The translations under genes were made by a program, and so were the position numbers. DNA of 42,490 bases from an uncultured Lawsonia sp. GTDB taxonomy: Bacteria > Desulfobacterota > Desulfovibrionia > Desulfovibrionales > Desulfovibrionaceae. The DNA lies in the NCBI GenBank assembly GCA_964425055.1, contig CAYRKU010000003.1, positions 1,894 through 44,383 on the forward strand, written 5' to 3'. The notes under the pieces are model-generated. The model saw only the letters and a list, made by a program, of their open reading frames with translations. It was not told the DNA's origin and searched no databases. Shown here piece by piece: positions 9,989 to 18,653 of this stretch. The first letter of the stretch is position 1. Each line of letters opens with the position of its first letter.

Positions 9989-10453
9989 ATGCCAGAGAAT
10001 ACCCCCCGCCTCTCCCCTGTATTGGAAAATTATCTGGAAATCATTTTTTATGAAGAGGCCAACAATGGCGCGGCCAGGGCCGGGGCCATTGCTTCGGCAG
10101 CGGGTGTTTCCCGCTCCACAGTTACCAGCGCGCTGAAAGTGCTGGCCAGACAGGGCTATATTGAATACGCACCCTACAGCCTTATCCGTCTGACGCCGGA
10201 AGGCCGGGCCATTGGCCGCGATATTGCCCACCGCCATATTATCTTTCAGGAATTTTTCCAATATGTACTTCAACTGGAAAATGATCTGGCCAGTTCCGTA
10301 GCCTGCAAGCTTGAACATGTTGTTCCGGAACGGGTAATCCGCCGCCTGGGCCGCTTTGTGCTGTACCTGCACAGCCGGGAAGAAAGTTGGCAGAACTGGC
10401 AGCAGGAATACGCCAGACTGCACCGGGATCAAAGCAACAAATCCCATAATTGA
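9989..10453 (+). CDS. DtxR/MntR-family metal-dependent transcriptional regulator
   Basis: ENYLEII, GVSRSTVTSALKVL HTH, YAPYSLIRLTPEGR and ACKLEH motifs. Confidence 0.92.
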   Translation: MPENTPRLSPVLENYLEIIFYEEANNGAARAGAIASAAGVSRSTVTSALKVLARQGYIEYAPYSLIRLTPEGRAIGRDIAHRHIIFQEFFQYVLQLENDLASSVACKLEHVVPERVIRRLGRFVLYLHSREESWQNWQQEYARLHRDQSNKSHN

Positions 10454-10629
10454 TGACGTATCAGGGACATTGAGCTCTGATTGAGCCGCCTTCCCTGCAG
10501 ATGCCTTTCCGGAAGGTCTTTCAACTGCTCTCATCTTTCATGCGCCTGCCCCGGAGACGGTTCTTCTTTTCTTGCGTGCGTGGAACAGGTGTGCTATATT
10601 TCATAATCTGTCCGTTCGAGAGTGTCTGT

Positions 10630-10696
10630 GCGCGCGGCGAAATTTATTTCCATAAAACGCCAGCGCCAAGGTCGGAAATTTGAAAAATTTCCGCAC
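10630..10696 (+). repeat. Degenerate copy of dispersed intergenic repeat (family shared with 12047-12264 and 17081-17180)
   Basis: GAAATTTATTTCCATAAAACGCCAGCG followed by the hairpin CGGAAATTT-GAA-AAATTTCCG; same block order as the other copies. Confidence 0.5.
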
Positions 10697-10955
10697 AGGT
10701 GTCTAGGAGAAACCATTTTTGATAAGAATCACAGGTAGGACGGCAATACTCTGTTCTTCGAAATACTATTTTCACGGTAGTACCTGATGCGCCTTTTCAG
10801 CGGAATGGACAACTCCTCTGAACATGACAAGCACTCATTTCCTGTATGAATTCGGAATCTTCCTTACGCGAGGCTGCGCGGGTACACGGTTTTTACCCCA
10901 ACCATAACCGCGTTTGCGGTATGGCAGCAACACACTTTCTCTGAAGGAGTCTTTC

Positions 10956-12044
10956 ATGAATGGCAAGAATCTCTTTGCCAGTACCGGTGGTATTGTCTTT
11001 GTAGGTGCGCTTATCGGCCTTGCTGCCATCCTGCTGCAAAAATTGGGCAATCCAGCTAACATGGGTATATGTGTGGCCTGTTTTGAGCGCGACATTACGG
11101 GCGGTCTCGGCCTGCATCGCGCCGCTGCTGTGCAGTACATCCGCCCGGAAATTATCGGTTTTGTTCTCGGCTCCATGGGCATAGCCCTGGTGGCCGGGGA
11201 GTTTCGCTCCCGCGGAGGATCCGCGCCGCTGGTGCGCTTTATTCTCGGCATGGTTGCGGCTGTGGGTGCCCTTGTTTTCCTTGGCTGCCCCTGGCGTACC
11301 CTTCTTCGCCTTGCAGGTGGAGACGGCAATGCCCTGTTCGGCCTTGCCGGGCTTATCTGCGGCATTGGCGGTGGAACGCTGTTCTTCAGGCGCGGCTATT
11401 CCCTGGGCAGCAGTGTTAAGCAGAATGCGGCCGTCGGCTACTTTTTCCCCCTGCTTATGGTCGGTCTCCTCTGCCTGTATCTGGTTTTTCCGCAGATTCC
11501 CGGAGAAGCGCAGAACGGCCCTCTTTTCTACTCCAAAAGCGGTCCAGGTTCGGCGCATGCCCCCTTCCTTCTCTCTTTTGGGGTAGCTCTGGTTATTGGC
11601 GCATTAGCGCAGCGCAGCCGTTTCTGCACAATGGGAGCTTTTCGCGACCTCATCCTCTTCCGCTATACCCATCTTTTCCTCGGGGTGGTGGCCATGTTTG
11701 CCGCGGCCTTTCTGGCCAATCTGCTTACGGGAGGTTTCCATGCCGGCTTTGAAGGCCAGCCTGTGGCGCACAGCGATGGCCTGTGGAATTTTCTGGGTAT
11801 GGTTACCGCCGGCCTAGCCTTTGCCCTGGCCGGCGGATGCCCCGGCCGGCAGCTTTTTATGGCCGGTGAAGGCGACAGCGATGCCGCTGTTTTTGCCCTC
11901 GGTATGCTTACCGGCGCGGCCATGGCGCACAATCTCGGCACTGCCAGCTCAGCTTCCGGCATAGGAACCTATGGTGCGCAGGGAACACTTATCGGTCTTA
12001 TCGTCTGCCTGGTTATTGGCTTCGCCTTTTCGAGAAAAGCCTGA
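10956..12044 (+). CDS. yedE: YedE-family putative selenium transporter
   Basis: GNPANMGICVACFERD, YIRPEI, FLGCP, QRSRFC and GGCPGRQ motifs; clustered with selD; start moved to ATG 10956 after GAAGGAG. Confidence 0.9.
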   Translation: MNGKNLFASTGGIVFVGALIGLAAILLQKLGNPANMGICVACFERDITGGLGLHRAAAVQYIRPEIIGFVLGSMGIALVAGEFRSRGGSAPLVRFILGMVAAVGALVFLGCPWRTLLRLAGGDGNALFGLAGLICGIGGGTLFFRRGYSLGSSVKQNAAVGYFFPLLMVGLLCLYLVFPQIPGEAQNGPLFYSKSGPGSAHAPFLLSFGVALVIGALAQRSRFCTMGAFRDLILFRYTHLFLGVVAMFAAAFLANLLTGGFHAGFEGQPVAHSDGLWNFLGMVTAGLAFALAGGCPGRQLFMAGEGDSDAAVFALGMLTGAAMAHNLGTASSASGIGTYGAQGTLIGLIVCLVIGFAFSRKA

Positions 12045-12046
12045 TG

Positions 12047-12264
12047 TTAGCGCAGATTGAAAATCAGTTTGAAAACTGCCCGGCGTCCGGAAATGCAAAC
12101 CGGAACAGCACCTGAAGGAGCGTGCCCGTTAGCAGCAAAGCCGCCTGGCGGACATCAGGATCAAATCTGGCGCCCGCTCCAACGTGAGTGAAAATTTACT
12201 TCTTTTTCACGAAACGCCAGCATGGCTGGAAACCTGTAACGTTTCCAACCCCAAAATGTTCTAA
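12047..12264 (+). repeat. MITE/REP-like dispersed intergenic repeat
   Basis: Shares AGTTTGAAAA(A)C(T/C)GCCCGGCG, the TGAG(T/C)GAAAA...TTTTTC(A/G)C(G/A)AAACGCC block and an exact 24-mer GCTGGAAACCTGTAACGTTTCCAA (12225-12248 = 17081-17104) with the 17.1-kb copy. Confidence 0.6.
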
Positions 12265-12276
12265 AGGAGAAAAAAT

Positions 12277-12480
12277 ATGCTTATTGATACACGCGGCCTA
12301 TCGTGCCCGCAGCCTGTTCTCATGGTTTACCCCCACCTTTCCGGAACTGATCCCATAGATGTGCTTGTGGATAATACAACGAGCCGGGAAAACGTCAGCC
12401 GTGCCGCGCTGCATACCGGCTGGAAGGTTGAAGAGCATCAGGAAGAAGATGGTGTTGTCCGCCTGGAGCTTCGTAAGTAA
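12277..12480 (+). CDS. TusA/SirA/YedF-family sulfur/selenium carrier protein
   Basis: IDTRGLSCPQPV (CPxP) motif, 67 aa, strong AAGGAG RBS. Confidence 0.92.
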   Translation: MLIDTRGLSCPQPVLMVYPHLSGTDPIDVLVDNTTSRENVSRAALHTGWKVEEHQEEDGVVRLELRK

Positions 12481-13058
12481 TGTTTAAAAACCTGACGGGC
12501 TGGCTGAAACGGCGCGATGCCGGGGCGCGGGGAAAAAACGCTTCCGCGGACAGAGGCTTTCTTGTCTTTCAACACACCGGTGAAGTAATACGGGCAGAAC
12601 GTTGCCTTCGGGCAGCAGGATTTTCGGTGGAGGTCAAGGGGCCTCCGCCTGAGCTCCGGACTGGTTGCGACATGGTGGTAGTTTTCCCGCTCATCATGGA
12701 ATCAGCCGTGCGCCGTATTCTGAAAGAGGAAAAACTTCTCCCCATGAACGTGGTTCCGGTAAACGATTCCCTTTTGGAGCCTGTGTCTCTTTATTGTGTA
12801 AAGGACTACGGAAACTGGTTCATGGTTCAGGCCGCCAACGTGAAAATCACCGTGGAAACGGCAAGCGGGCGTATTGTCAATGTTTCCGGAGGCGGATGCC
12901 CGGATGTGCCGTATCTGGCATCCCTGCTGACGGGGGTGAACATTGATGCCGCCGAGGAACCCCGTGTGCATGGGCATACTCTGTGTTCCTACGCTCTTCA
13001 GAAGGCTTTTCTCGAAGCCCGCCGCCTTTGGCGGGGAGGTAAAGCATGCGCTGGCTGA
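12480..13058 (+). CDS. DUF3343 domain-containing protein (putative Se/S carrier) with C-terminal Cys-containing extension
   Basis: FQHTGEVIRAE...KGPPPELRTGC matches DUF3343; also GGGCPDVP and TLCSY; TAATG overlap with the upstream gene. Confidence 0.8.
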   Translation: MFKNLTGWLKRRDAGARGKNASADRGFLVFQHTGEVIRAERCLRAAGFSVEVKGPPPELRTGCDMVVVFPLIMESAVRRILKEEKLLPMNVVPVNDSLLEPVSLYCVKDYGNWFMVQAANVKITVETASGRIVNVSGGGCPDVPYLASLLTGVNIDAAEEPRVHGHTLCSYALQKAFLEARRLWRGGKACAG

Positions 13059-13966
13059 TCTGCGGGACAGTGCCGGATGATACCTTTCCCCTGAGCCTTG
13101 GGGTATGGCACGTGGCGGGAGAGCGTCTTCTTCCCGCCGATGTTTCCGCCTGTGAAAGCCATGTTACCGTACCCGCCGTGCCTATTCTCCGTGGAACTCC
13201 CGCGCTGACCGCGGCGGCCATACTGGCATTGGAAAAGCTCCAGGCACCGCCGCCTCTGGTGCTGCTGGCGGGAGACTGCGGCTCCTCCAAAGGCAGTACG
13301 GCGCTGTACGCATTCCTTTCATCATGGCTGTCTTCACCGGACGCTGCCGGCCTTGCGGGACTGACCTTTCATTACCTCTTTCCCAGTGTGGACGGACAGA
13401 ATCGTATTCTTATGGCACTGGAGGAGCGCAGTGCCGCCATGCCTGTGCTCATTGCCGATGCCGGGTTCATGTATGCAGCAAAAATGAGCGGGTATGCCTC
13501 CCGCTATGATGTGTTCACCCCGGACGTTGGGGAATTGGCCTTTCTGGCGGATGAAAAAGCTCCTCATCCTTTCTATACCCGCGGCTTTCTACTGTCGGAG
13601 GGGAATAAAGCAGAAGATCTGGCCGCGCTGGCATGGAAACACGAAGACAGTGCAAAGTTTCTCCTTATCAAGGGCATATCTGACATCATCACGGAAAATG
13701 GGCGGGAAGTCGGACGGGTGACGGAACCTTCGTTGCCTTTTATGGAACCTATAGGCGGCACAGGAGACATGCTTACCGGGCTGCTGACGGCTTTTGCCGC
13801 GGCTGGAAATCCACTTCGCGAGGCCTGCCTTCTGTCCGCACGGTGTGCAAGGCTTATCGGAGAGCTGACCAGCCCGACACCGGCGACCGCTATTGCGGAA
13901 TTCATGCCTTTTGTTGCAGAAGGTGTGGCCAGGATACAACATGAAAAAACCTGTAACCTGCATTAA
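13046..13966 (+). CDS. Ribokinase/YjeF-C (carbohydrate kinase-like) fold protein of unknown substrate
   Basis: LIADAG, FTPDVGEL, LLIKG.SD and GGTGDMLTG motifs of the ribokinase-like/NnrD superfamily. Confidence 0.72.
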   Translation: MRWLICGTVPDDTFPLSLGVWHVAGERLLPADVSACESHVTVPAVPILRGTPALTAAAILALEKLQAPPPLVLLAGDCGSSKGSTALYAFLSSWLSSPDAAGLAGLTFHYLFPSVDGQNRILMALEERSAAMPVLIADAGFMYAAKMSGYASRYDVFTPDVGELAFLADEKAPHPFYTRGFLLSEGNKAEDLAALAWKHEDSAKFLLIKGISDIITENGREVGRVTEPSLPFMEPIGGTGDMLTGLLTAFAAAGNPLREACLLSARCARLIGELTSPTPATAIAEFMPFVAEGVARIQHEKTCNLH

Positions 13967-13979
13967 CTACGGGGAATCT

Positions 13980-15047
13980 ATGACAACATTCTGCCTGATG
14001 GATAAGACCAGAGGCGCCGGCTGAGCGGCGAAGACGGCTCCAGAGTTGCTGGAACAGATTCTTTCCGCAATAACACCGCCTCCCGACTGGGAGGGGCGTA
14101 TTCTGCACGGTTATTCCAACAATGAAGACGCAGTCGTGATCAAGGCGCCTCCATCTGGGCTTGCCCTGGTACAAACGGTTGACATTCTTGGTGTAATAGG
14201 CAATGACGCGCGGCTTTTCGGCCAAACGGCGGCAGCCAATGCGCTGTCTGATGTCTATGCCATGGGCGGCTGGCCGTGGTCCGTTATGAACATTGCCGCT
14301 TTTCCCTCCCCTTCATCGGAATCGGACACCCCGTTTTCCGTATTGACAGACATCCTGTCCGGGGCAATGGAAAAAGTGGCGGAGTCCGGGGCCGTACTTG
14401 CCGGCGGGCATACACTTGATGACGAATGGATAAAGTTTGGCCTGTCTGTTACCGGAGTGGTTGACCCCGCGAATGTCGCGCGGAATGACAAACTCAGCCC
14501 GGGCGATGTTCTTATTCTCACAAAACCCCTGGGCACCGGTGTTCTGGCAACGGCTATCAAGGCGGGATGGTCCGGCAGCAGCGAGGCTGAGCGGGACATG
14601 TATCACTGGACAACGCGGCTAAACGCCCATGCAGCGACGTTGATACGGGAAATGAAACTCAGAGCCGCCACAGACATTACCGGCTTCGGGCTGGGTGGAC
14701 ATGCGCTGGAAATGGCCAGTGGATCCAAGGTTTCTGTGGAACTGGACACAGCGGCGCTGCCCTTTATCGATCAAGTGGAGGAATTTGCGTCCTGTGGCCT
14801 GATTCCCGCAGGGACCTATCGCAACAGAGATTATTGTTCCTGCCGCACAACAGTGGCCGATGGCGCCGACGAACTGCGGGCGACTCTGGCTTTCGATGCG
14901 CAAACTTCAGGGGGCCTTCTGCTGGCTGTGCCTGCCGAGCGGGAGCAGGAGGCCTGTGAACGACTCCGAAACCTTGGAGAACCGGCATTCCGCGTGGGCA
15001 GGGTGCTGCCACAGCGTGAAGAAAAGGAGCAGCTCATTTTAGCGTGA
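13980..15047 (+). CDS. selD: Selenophosphate synthetase (selenide, water dikinase), selenocysteine-containing
   Basis: ATG 13980 gives MTTFCLMDKTRGAG-U(TGA 14022-14024)-AAK, in frame with NEDA, QTVD, ANALSDVYAMGG, GGHT, TDITGFGLGGH and DAQTSGGLL. Confidence 0.93.
14022..14053 (+). promoter_or_regulatory. Bacterial SECIS element of selD
   Basis: Stem TCCAG(14039-43)/CTGGA(14049-53) with loop AGTTG, G at loop position 2; the loop starts 19 nt after the UGA. Confidence 0.7.
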
Positions 15048-15255
15048 AACAAAACATTCCCGGAAGCGTGCTTTGCCAGGTCGTTTAAGCGGAAAACCGG
15101 CATAACAGGGGCGTCTGCTCCCTGCTTTTGAGATCGATGCGACAACGCCTGGCCGCCTTGTCATTTTATCTCAATCATTCCAGTCTGCACTGCGCAAAAA
15201 AAGGAATCAGCCCCACGGGTCAACTATTATTTGTTTACAGAAAGAATAATCAGGG

Positions 15256-15622
15256 CCGCGATGACTCCCTCCGGACCTGAACAGGCAGGTCAGGCGGAAG
15301 CTGCGATCCTCCTTGCGTCCACATAATCGGCCTGAGCTAAACCGACAGGCGGAGAGGCGCGGTTTCTTTCTTCACGTCCGCCAAAACAAACTGACAGAGC
15401 GCGCCTTGGGGGAAGTACAGCTGCCCTCCCCGGCGTCAATCTCCTGCAGACCCTAGCATCCTCAAGCAGGAGAGAGCGGAAAATCTGCGTCTTCAATCAA
15501 CTCCCAACATGAAGCTCCAGGACCTCCCGATCTATAAACAGAGCGTCCTCAGTACCCCTGCGAATGCACCCGGGCAGACCGATAAAGGAAACCTCATAAC
15601 GCCCGGAACCGCCGTCATGCGG
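15256..15622 (-). ncRNA. Putative unclassified structured non-coding RNA (~370 nt)
   Basis: End-to-end closing helix CCGCATGAC / GTCAT(C)GCGG encloses about ten hairpins. Most imperfect pairs are G-U on the minus strand. No convincing ORF. Confidence 0.5.
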
Positions 15623-15704
15623 TATTAAATGTTACAGGATAGTGCATTTCCCCTATCGCACTGCTCCGCCATCCTCCCGGCCGCGGAAGGTTTTTTGGTT
15701 CATA

Positions 15705-15773
15705 CAAAGAAGGCCACGCTCCCGTGACCAAGCGGGACTCAGACATCCAACGCAGAAACGGGAGCGCCAGCCT
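15705..15773 (-). terminator. Terminator-like stem-loop after the second trpB
   Basis: CGCTCCCGT/ACGGGAGCG perfect 9-bp stem (15717-25/15758-66) with a large loop, followed on the minus strand by TGGCCTTCTTTGT. Confidence 0.5.
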
Positions 15774-15809
15774 GACGCAGTATCAGTCAAAAATCTCACT
15801 CGCGCACGT

Positions 15810-17021
15810 CTACGGGTTTACCTCAAGCAGCTTCGCCACCTGATCCACATCCTTATCCCCTCTGCCCGAAAGGTTGACCAAAATGACCTGATCCCCGGGC
15901 ATGGTGGGGGCGATGCGCAGAGCGTGGGCCAGAGCGTGGGCGGATTCCAGGGCCGGAATAATACCTTCGGCGCGCGAAAGCAGAAGGAAGGCGTCCACAG
16001 CTTCTTTGTCGGAAACGGTCACGTAGCTGGCGCGGCCCATGTCTTTGAGCTGGCTATGCTCGGGACTGACGCCCGGGTAGTCCAGTCCGGCGGAAATGGA
16101 ATACACCGGCGCTGGCTCGCCCTTTTCGTCCTGCAGCATATAGCAGCGATAGCCGTGCATGACGCCTGGCTGGCCCAGGCAGAGGCTGGCCGCGTTATCG
16201 CCATAGCTCAGGCCGCGTCCGCCAGGTTCGGCGCCCACGAGCTGCACGGGGGCGTCGTCCAGAAATTCAGCAAAGGCGCCGGCCGCATTGGAGCCGCCGC
16301 CCACGCAGGCAATGACCATGTTGGGCAGTCTCCCCAATTCCTCCAGACACTGGGCGCGCGCCTCACGGCTGATAACCGCCTGAAAATGCCGCACAATCAC
16401 AGGATAAGGGTGCGGGCCAACAGCAGAACCTAACACATAGAACATGTCCGGATCCTGCACAAAGCAGTCCAGAGCTTCGTCCACGGCTTCCTTGAGGGTG
16501 CGCTGCCCGCTCATGGCCGCGCGCACTTCGGCGCCCATCATGCGCATGCGCACCACGTTGAGGGCCTGGCGCTGCATGTCCACTTCACCCATATAGATGA
16601 CACAGGGCAGGCCAAAAAGGGCCGCGGTAGCCGCTGTGGCCACACCGTGCTGCCCGGCGCCGGTTTCAGCCACAACTCTTTTTTTGCCCATACGTTTGGC
16701 CAAGAGCACCTGGCCCAGGGTATTGTTGATTTTATGCGCCCCAAGGTGGTTCAAATCCTCACGCTTCAGGTAAATTTGCGCGCCGCCCAGCTTTTCGCTC
16801 AAATTACGGCAGTGATAGATGGGTGAAGGCCGGCCCACGTAGTGTTTGTAAAGGTCCTGCAACTCGGCGTTGAACTCCGGGTCATCGCGGTATTTATTGA
16901 AGGCCGTGGCCACATCGTCCAGGACTTTCTTAAGGGGTTCGGGCACATACTGGCCGCCATACGCGCCAAAAACGCCCGTACTGTAGGCCTGTCTGGCCAT
17001 TTCTCCGGCGGAAATGCTCAC
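15810..17021 (-). CDS. trpB: Second, stand-alone tryptophan synthase beta chain (TrpB1 type), no adjacent trpA
   Basis: [52 protein letters not shown]. Start moved to GTG 17021, 6 nt after AAGGAG. Confidence 0.95.
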   Translation of the reverse strand: MSISAGEMARQAYSTGVFGAYGGQYVPEPLKKVLDDVATAFNKYRDDPEFNAELQDLYKHYVGRPSPIYHCRNLSEKLGGAQIYLKREDLNHLGAHKINNTLGQVLLAKRMGKKRVVAETGAGQHGVATAATAALFGLPCVIYMGEVDMQRQALNVVRMRMMGAEVRAAMSGQRTLKEAVDEALDCFVQDPDMFYVLGSAVGPHPYPVIVRHFQAVISREARAQCLEELGRLPNMVIACVGGGSNAAGAFAEFLDDAPVQLVGAEPGGRGLSYGDNAASLCLGQPGVMHGYRCYMLQDEKGEPAPVYSISAGLDYPGVSPEHSQLKDMGRASYVTVSDKEAVDAFLLLSRAEGIIPALESAHALAHALRIAPTMPGDQVILVNLSGRGDKDVDQVAKLLEVNP

Positions 17022-17080
17022 TTTTTGCTCCTTTTTGGGCGAAAATGCCGTTGTGTTCTGTTTTGCGCTGCTGGAAATAA

Positions 17081-17180
17081 GCTGGAAACCTGTAACGTTT
17101 CCAAGCATACGCGCCGGCGTTTTGCGAAAAATTACCTTTTCGCTCATTTGAGCGCCGGGCGGTTTTTCAAACTACTCCAG
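17081..17180 (-). repeat. Dispersed intergenic repeat between ubiD and trpB
   Basis: Minus strand AGTTTGAAAAACCGCCCGGCG...TGAGCGAAAAGGTAATTTTTCGCAAAACGCCGGCG...TTGGAAACGTTACAGGTTTCCAGC, homologous to 12047-12264. Confidence 0.6.
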
Positions 17181-17187
17181 GCGCGTT

Positions 17188-18525
17188 TTACTCAATCACA
17201 TAGTCCGCCAAATCCACCTTCTGGTACGAAATCTTGTCGTAGCGGGGCGATCTGGGCAGAGGGCAGGTGCAGTCAAAGCCGATCTTAGAGCCCACGTTGT
17301 CCTTAACAGTGGGGTTGAGCTCATGGCAGAACGCGTTCTTGATAATGATAACATCGTTTGCCGGGTCGCAGCGCGTGACCATGGCGCGCTCCACGTCTTC
17401 GGAGTCGTAAATATCCACGTCGCTGTTCACCGCGCGCACCATCTGCAGAGGCGGAAAGGCGGCAAAAGCGGCCAGGATGGCATTTTTGGCCATGCCGTTT
17501 TTGGGCGGGTCTATCTGTAAAATCATACCGTAATGGCTGCCGCCGTGAGTAAGGAATACTTTCTTCAGCCCGGGCACCTGGCGGGAAATGGTTTGGAACA
17601 CGTTGGCTTCTACACCTAACCCAACTGAATTCCACACTTCGCGACCCGGATGCAGGGTGTGGATAATAGGGTCGCGGTTGAGGGTAATGGCCGAAATTTC
17701 CACCACCCAGCGATTTTCGCGGGTGGCATAGTAGCCGCTCACCTCGCCAAACGGCCCTTCCGGCTCGCGCACATGCGGCAGAATCCGCGCTTCCATAATC
17801 ATCTGCGCGTCGGCAATACCTTCTACATCTACGGTGAGGCTCCTGCACAGGCGCGCCGGCTCCTTAAGTAGATACGAGGCCACCCCCAGCTCATCCATAT
17901 CGATAGGGGCTGCGGCGCTGGGCGTGATGGCCGCCACGTAAAAGGCCGGATGCGGACCGTTATTGATAGTAATTTCCAACGGCTTGTCCATGGCTTCGGC
18001 GCGCTCGTAGTAGTCGCGCAGATGCCGGCCCACGTCCATGAGCAGGCCCAGACGGTTCTTGCCCGTAACCATAAGGCGGTGCACCGAAGTATTGCGCACG
18101 CCGGTTTCCGGGTCTTTGGCAATGACCACACAGTTGGAAAAGTACGGGCCACCGTCTTTGAGGGCATGGGTGGGAACGGGGATTTTTGTGAGATCGGGCT
18201 CGGGCATTACGTAGGACTGCGCCGGAGCGTTCTCCACCACCACGGGTGCCACAGGGTTAGAACGCAGCGAGGCCACAGCGTCAGCAAAGAGGAACGAAAG
18301 TTCTTCCGTACTGCAGCCAAAAATACAGGCCAGGTTGTCACGGTTCCACCACAGGCCGGTAACCAGCGGATAGGCCGATCCCTTTACCCTGTCGAACTGC
18401 ACTACCCTGCCTCCTTCCAGACGGGAAGAAATACCCCCGATCTCGTGCACCGGATCTACCTCTGTGCGCACGTGGCACAGGCGGCCGTTCTCTTCCAAAA
18501 GCCTGAGACAATCTTTTAGATCCAT
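17188..18525 (-). CDS. UbiD-family prFMN-dependent (de)carboxylase, substrate unknown
   Basis: DGGPY, RNTSVHR, GRHL (Arg), EPEGPFGEVSGYY (catalytic Glu pair), DVDIYD and SKIGFDCT motifs; start ATG 18525. Confidence 0.93.
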   Translation of the reverse strand: MDLKDCLRLLEENGRLCHVRTEVDPVHEIGGISSRLEGGRVVQFDRVKGSAYPLVTGLWWNRDNLACIFGCSTEELSFLFADAVASLRSNPVAPVVVENAPAQSYVMPEPDLTKIPVPTHALKDGGPYFSNCVVIAKDPETGVRNTSVHRLMVTGKNRLGLLMDVGRHLRDYYERAEAMDKPLEITINNGPHPAFYVAAITPSAAAPIDMDELGVASYLLKEPARLCRSLTVDVEGIADAQMIMEARILPHVREPEGPFGEVSGYYATRENRWVVEISAITLNRDPIIHTLHPGREVWNSVGLGVEANVFQTISRQVPGLKKVFLTHGGSHYGMILQIDPPKNGMAKNAILAAFAAFPPLQMVRAVNSDVDIYDSEDVERAMVTRCDPANDVIIIKNAFCHELNPTVKDNVGSKIGFDCTCPLPRSPRYDKISYQKVDLADYVIE

Positions 18526-18653
18526 GTAAAACCTTCCTGTTTTGCTGTAAAAAAGCGGGGAAATATCCTGCGTTCCCCAGAAAGAGACAGAACCGGCACC
18601 GAAGAGGCGCGCCCGCCAGCAACGCAGGCGCCCTACGGGCATCAACAGCAGCG

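Noticed and set aside
12042-12050. yedE ends TGA-TGT-TAG, suggesting a C-terminal Sec-Cys read-through
   Set aside because: The downstream hairpin has an AAA loop without the SECIS G and belongs to the repeat element; the protein looks complete at the TGA.
15204-15214. GGGGCTGATTC on minus, identical to the E. coli tmRNA 5' end
   Set aside because: Similarity stops after 11 nt; no GAC motif, T-arm or CCA end follows.
15260-15285. TCAGGTCCGGAGGGAGTCA resembling SRP RNA helix 8
   Set aside because: The conserved AGCA strand is GTCA here and the flanks do not form the long SRP hairpin; kept only as part of the unclassified element.
15290-15496. 68-aa minus-strand ORF ending ...RRIAASA, like a tmRNA tag or small protein
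   Set aside because: TTG start, no recognisable family, and no tRNA-like domain around it.
15616-15627. TAATACCGCAT match to 16S rRNA
   Set aside because: Isolated 11-mer with no further rRNA similarity.
15810-17021. Calling the second trpB a TrpB2-type enzyme
   Set aside because: Motifs ([26 protein letters not shown]) and length are TrpB1-like.
17022-17147. Long N-terminal extensions in the ORF track (second trpB, ubiD, ubiX, ileS, slyB-like, MBL, lspA)
   Set aside because: Downstream starts have better RBSs or match family N-termini; the trpB extension runs through a repeat element.
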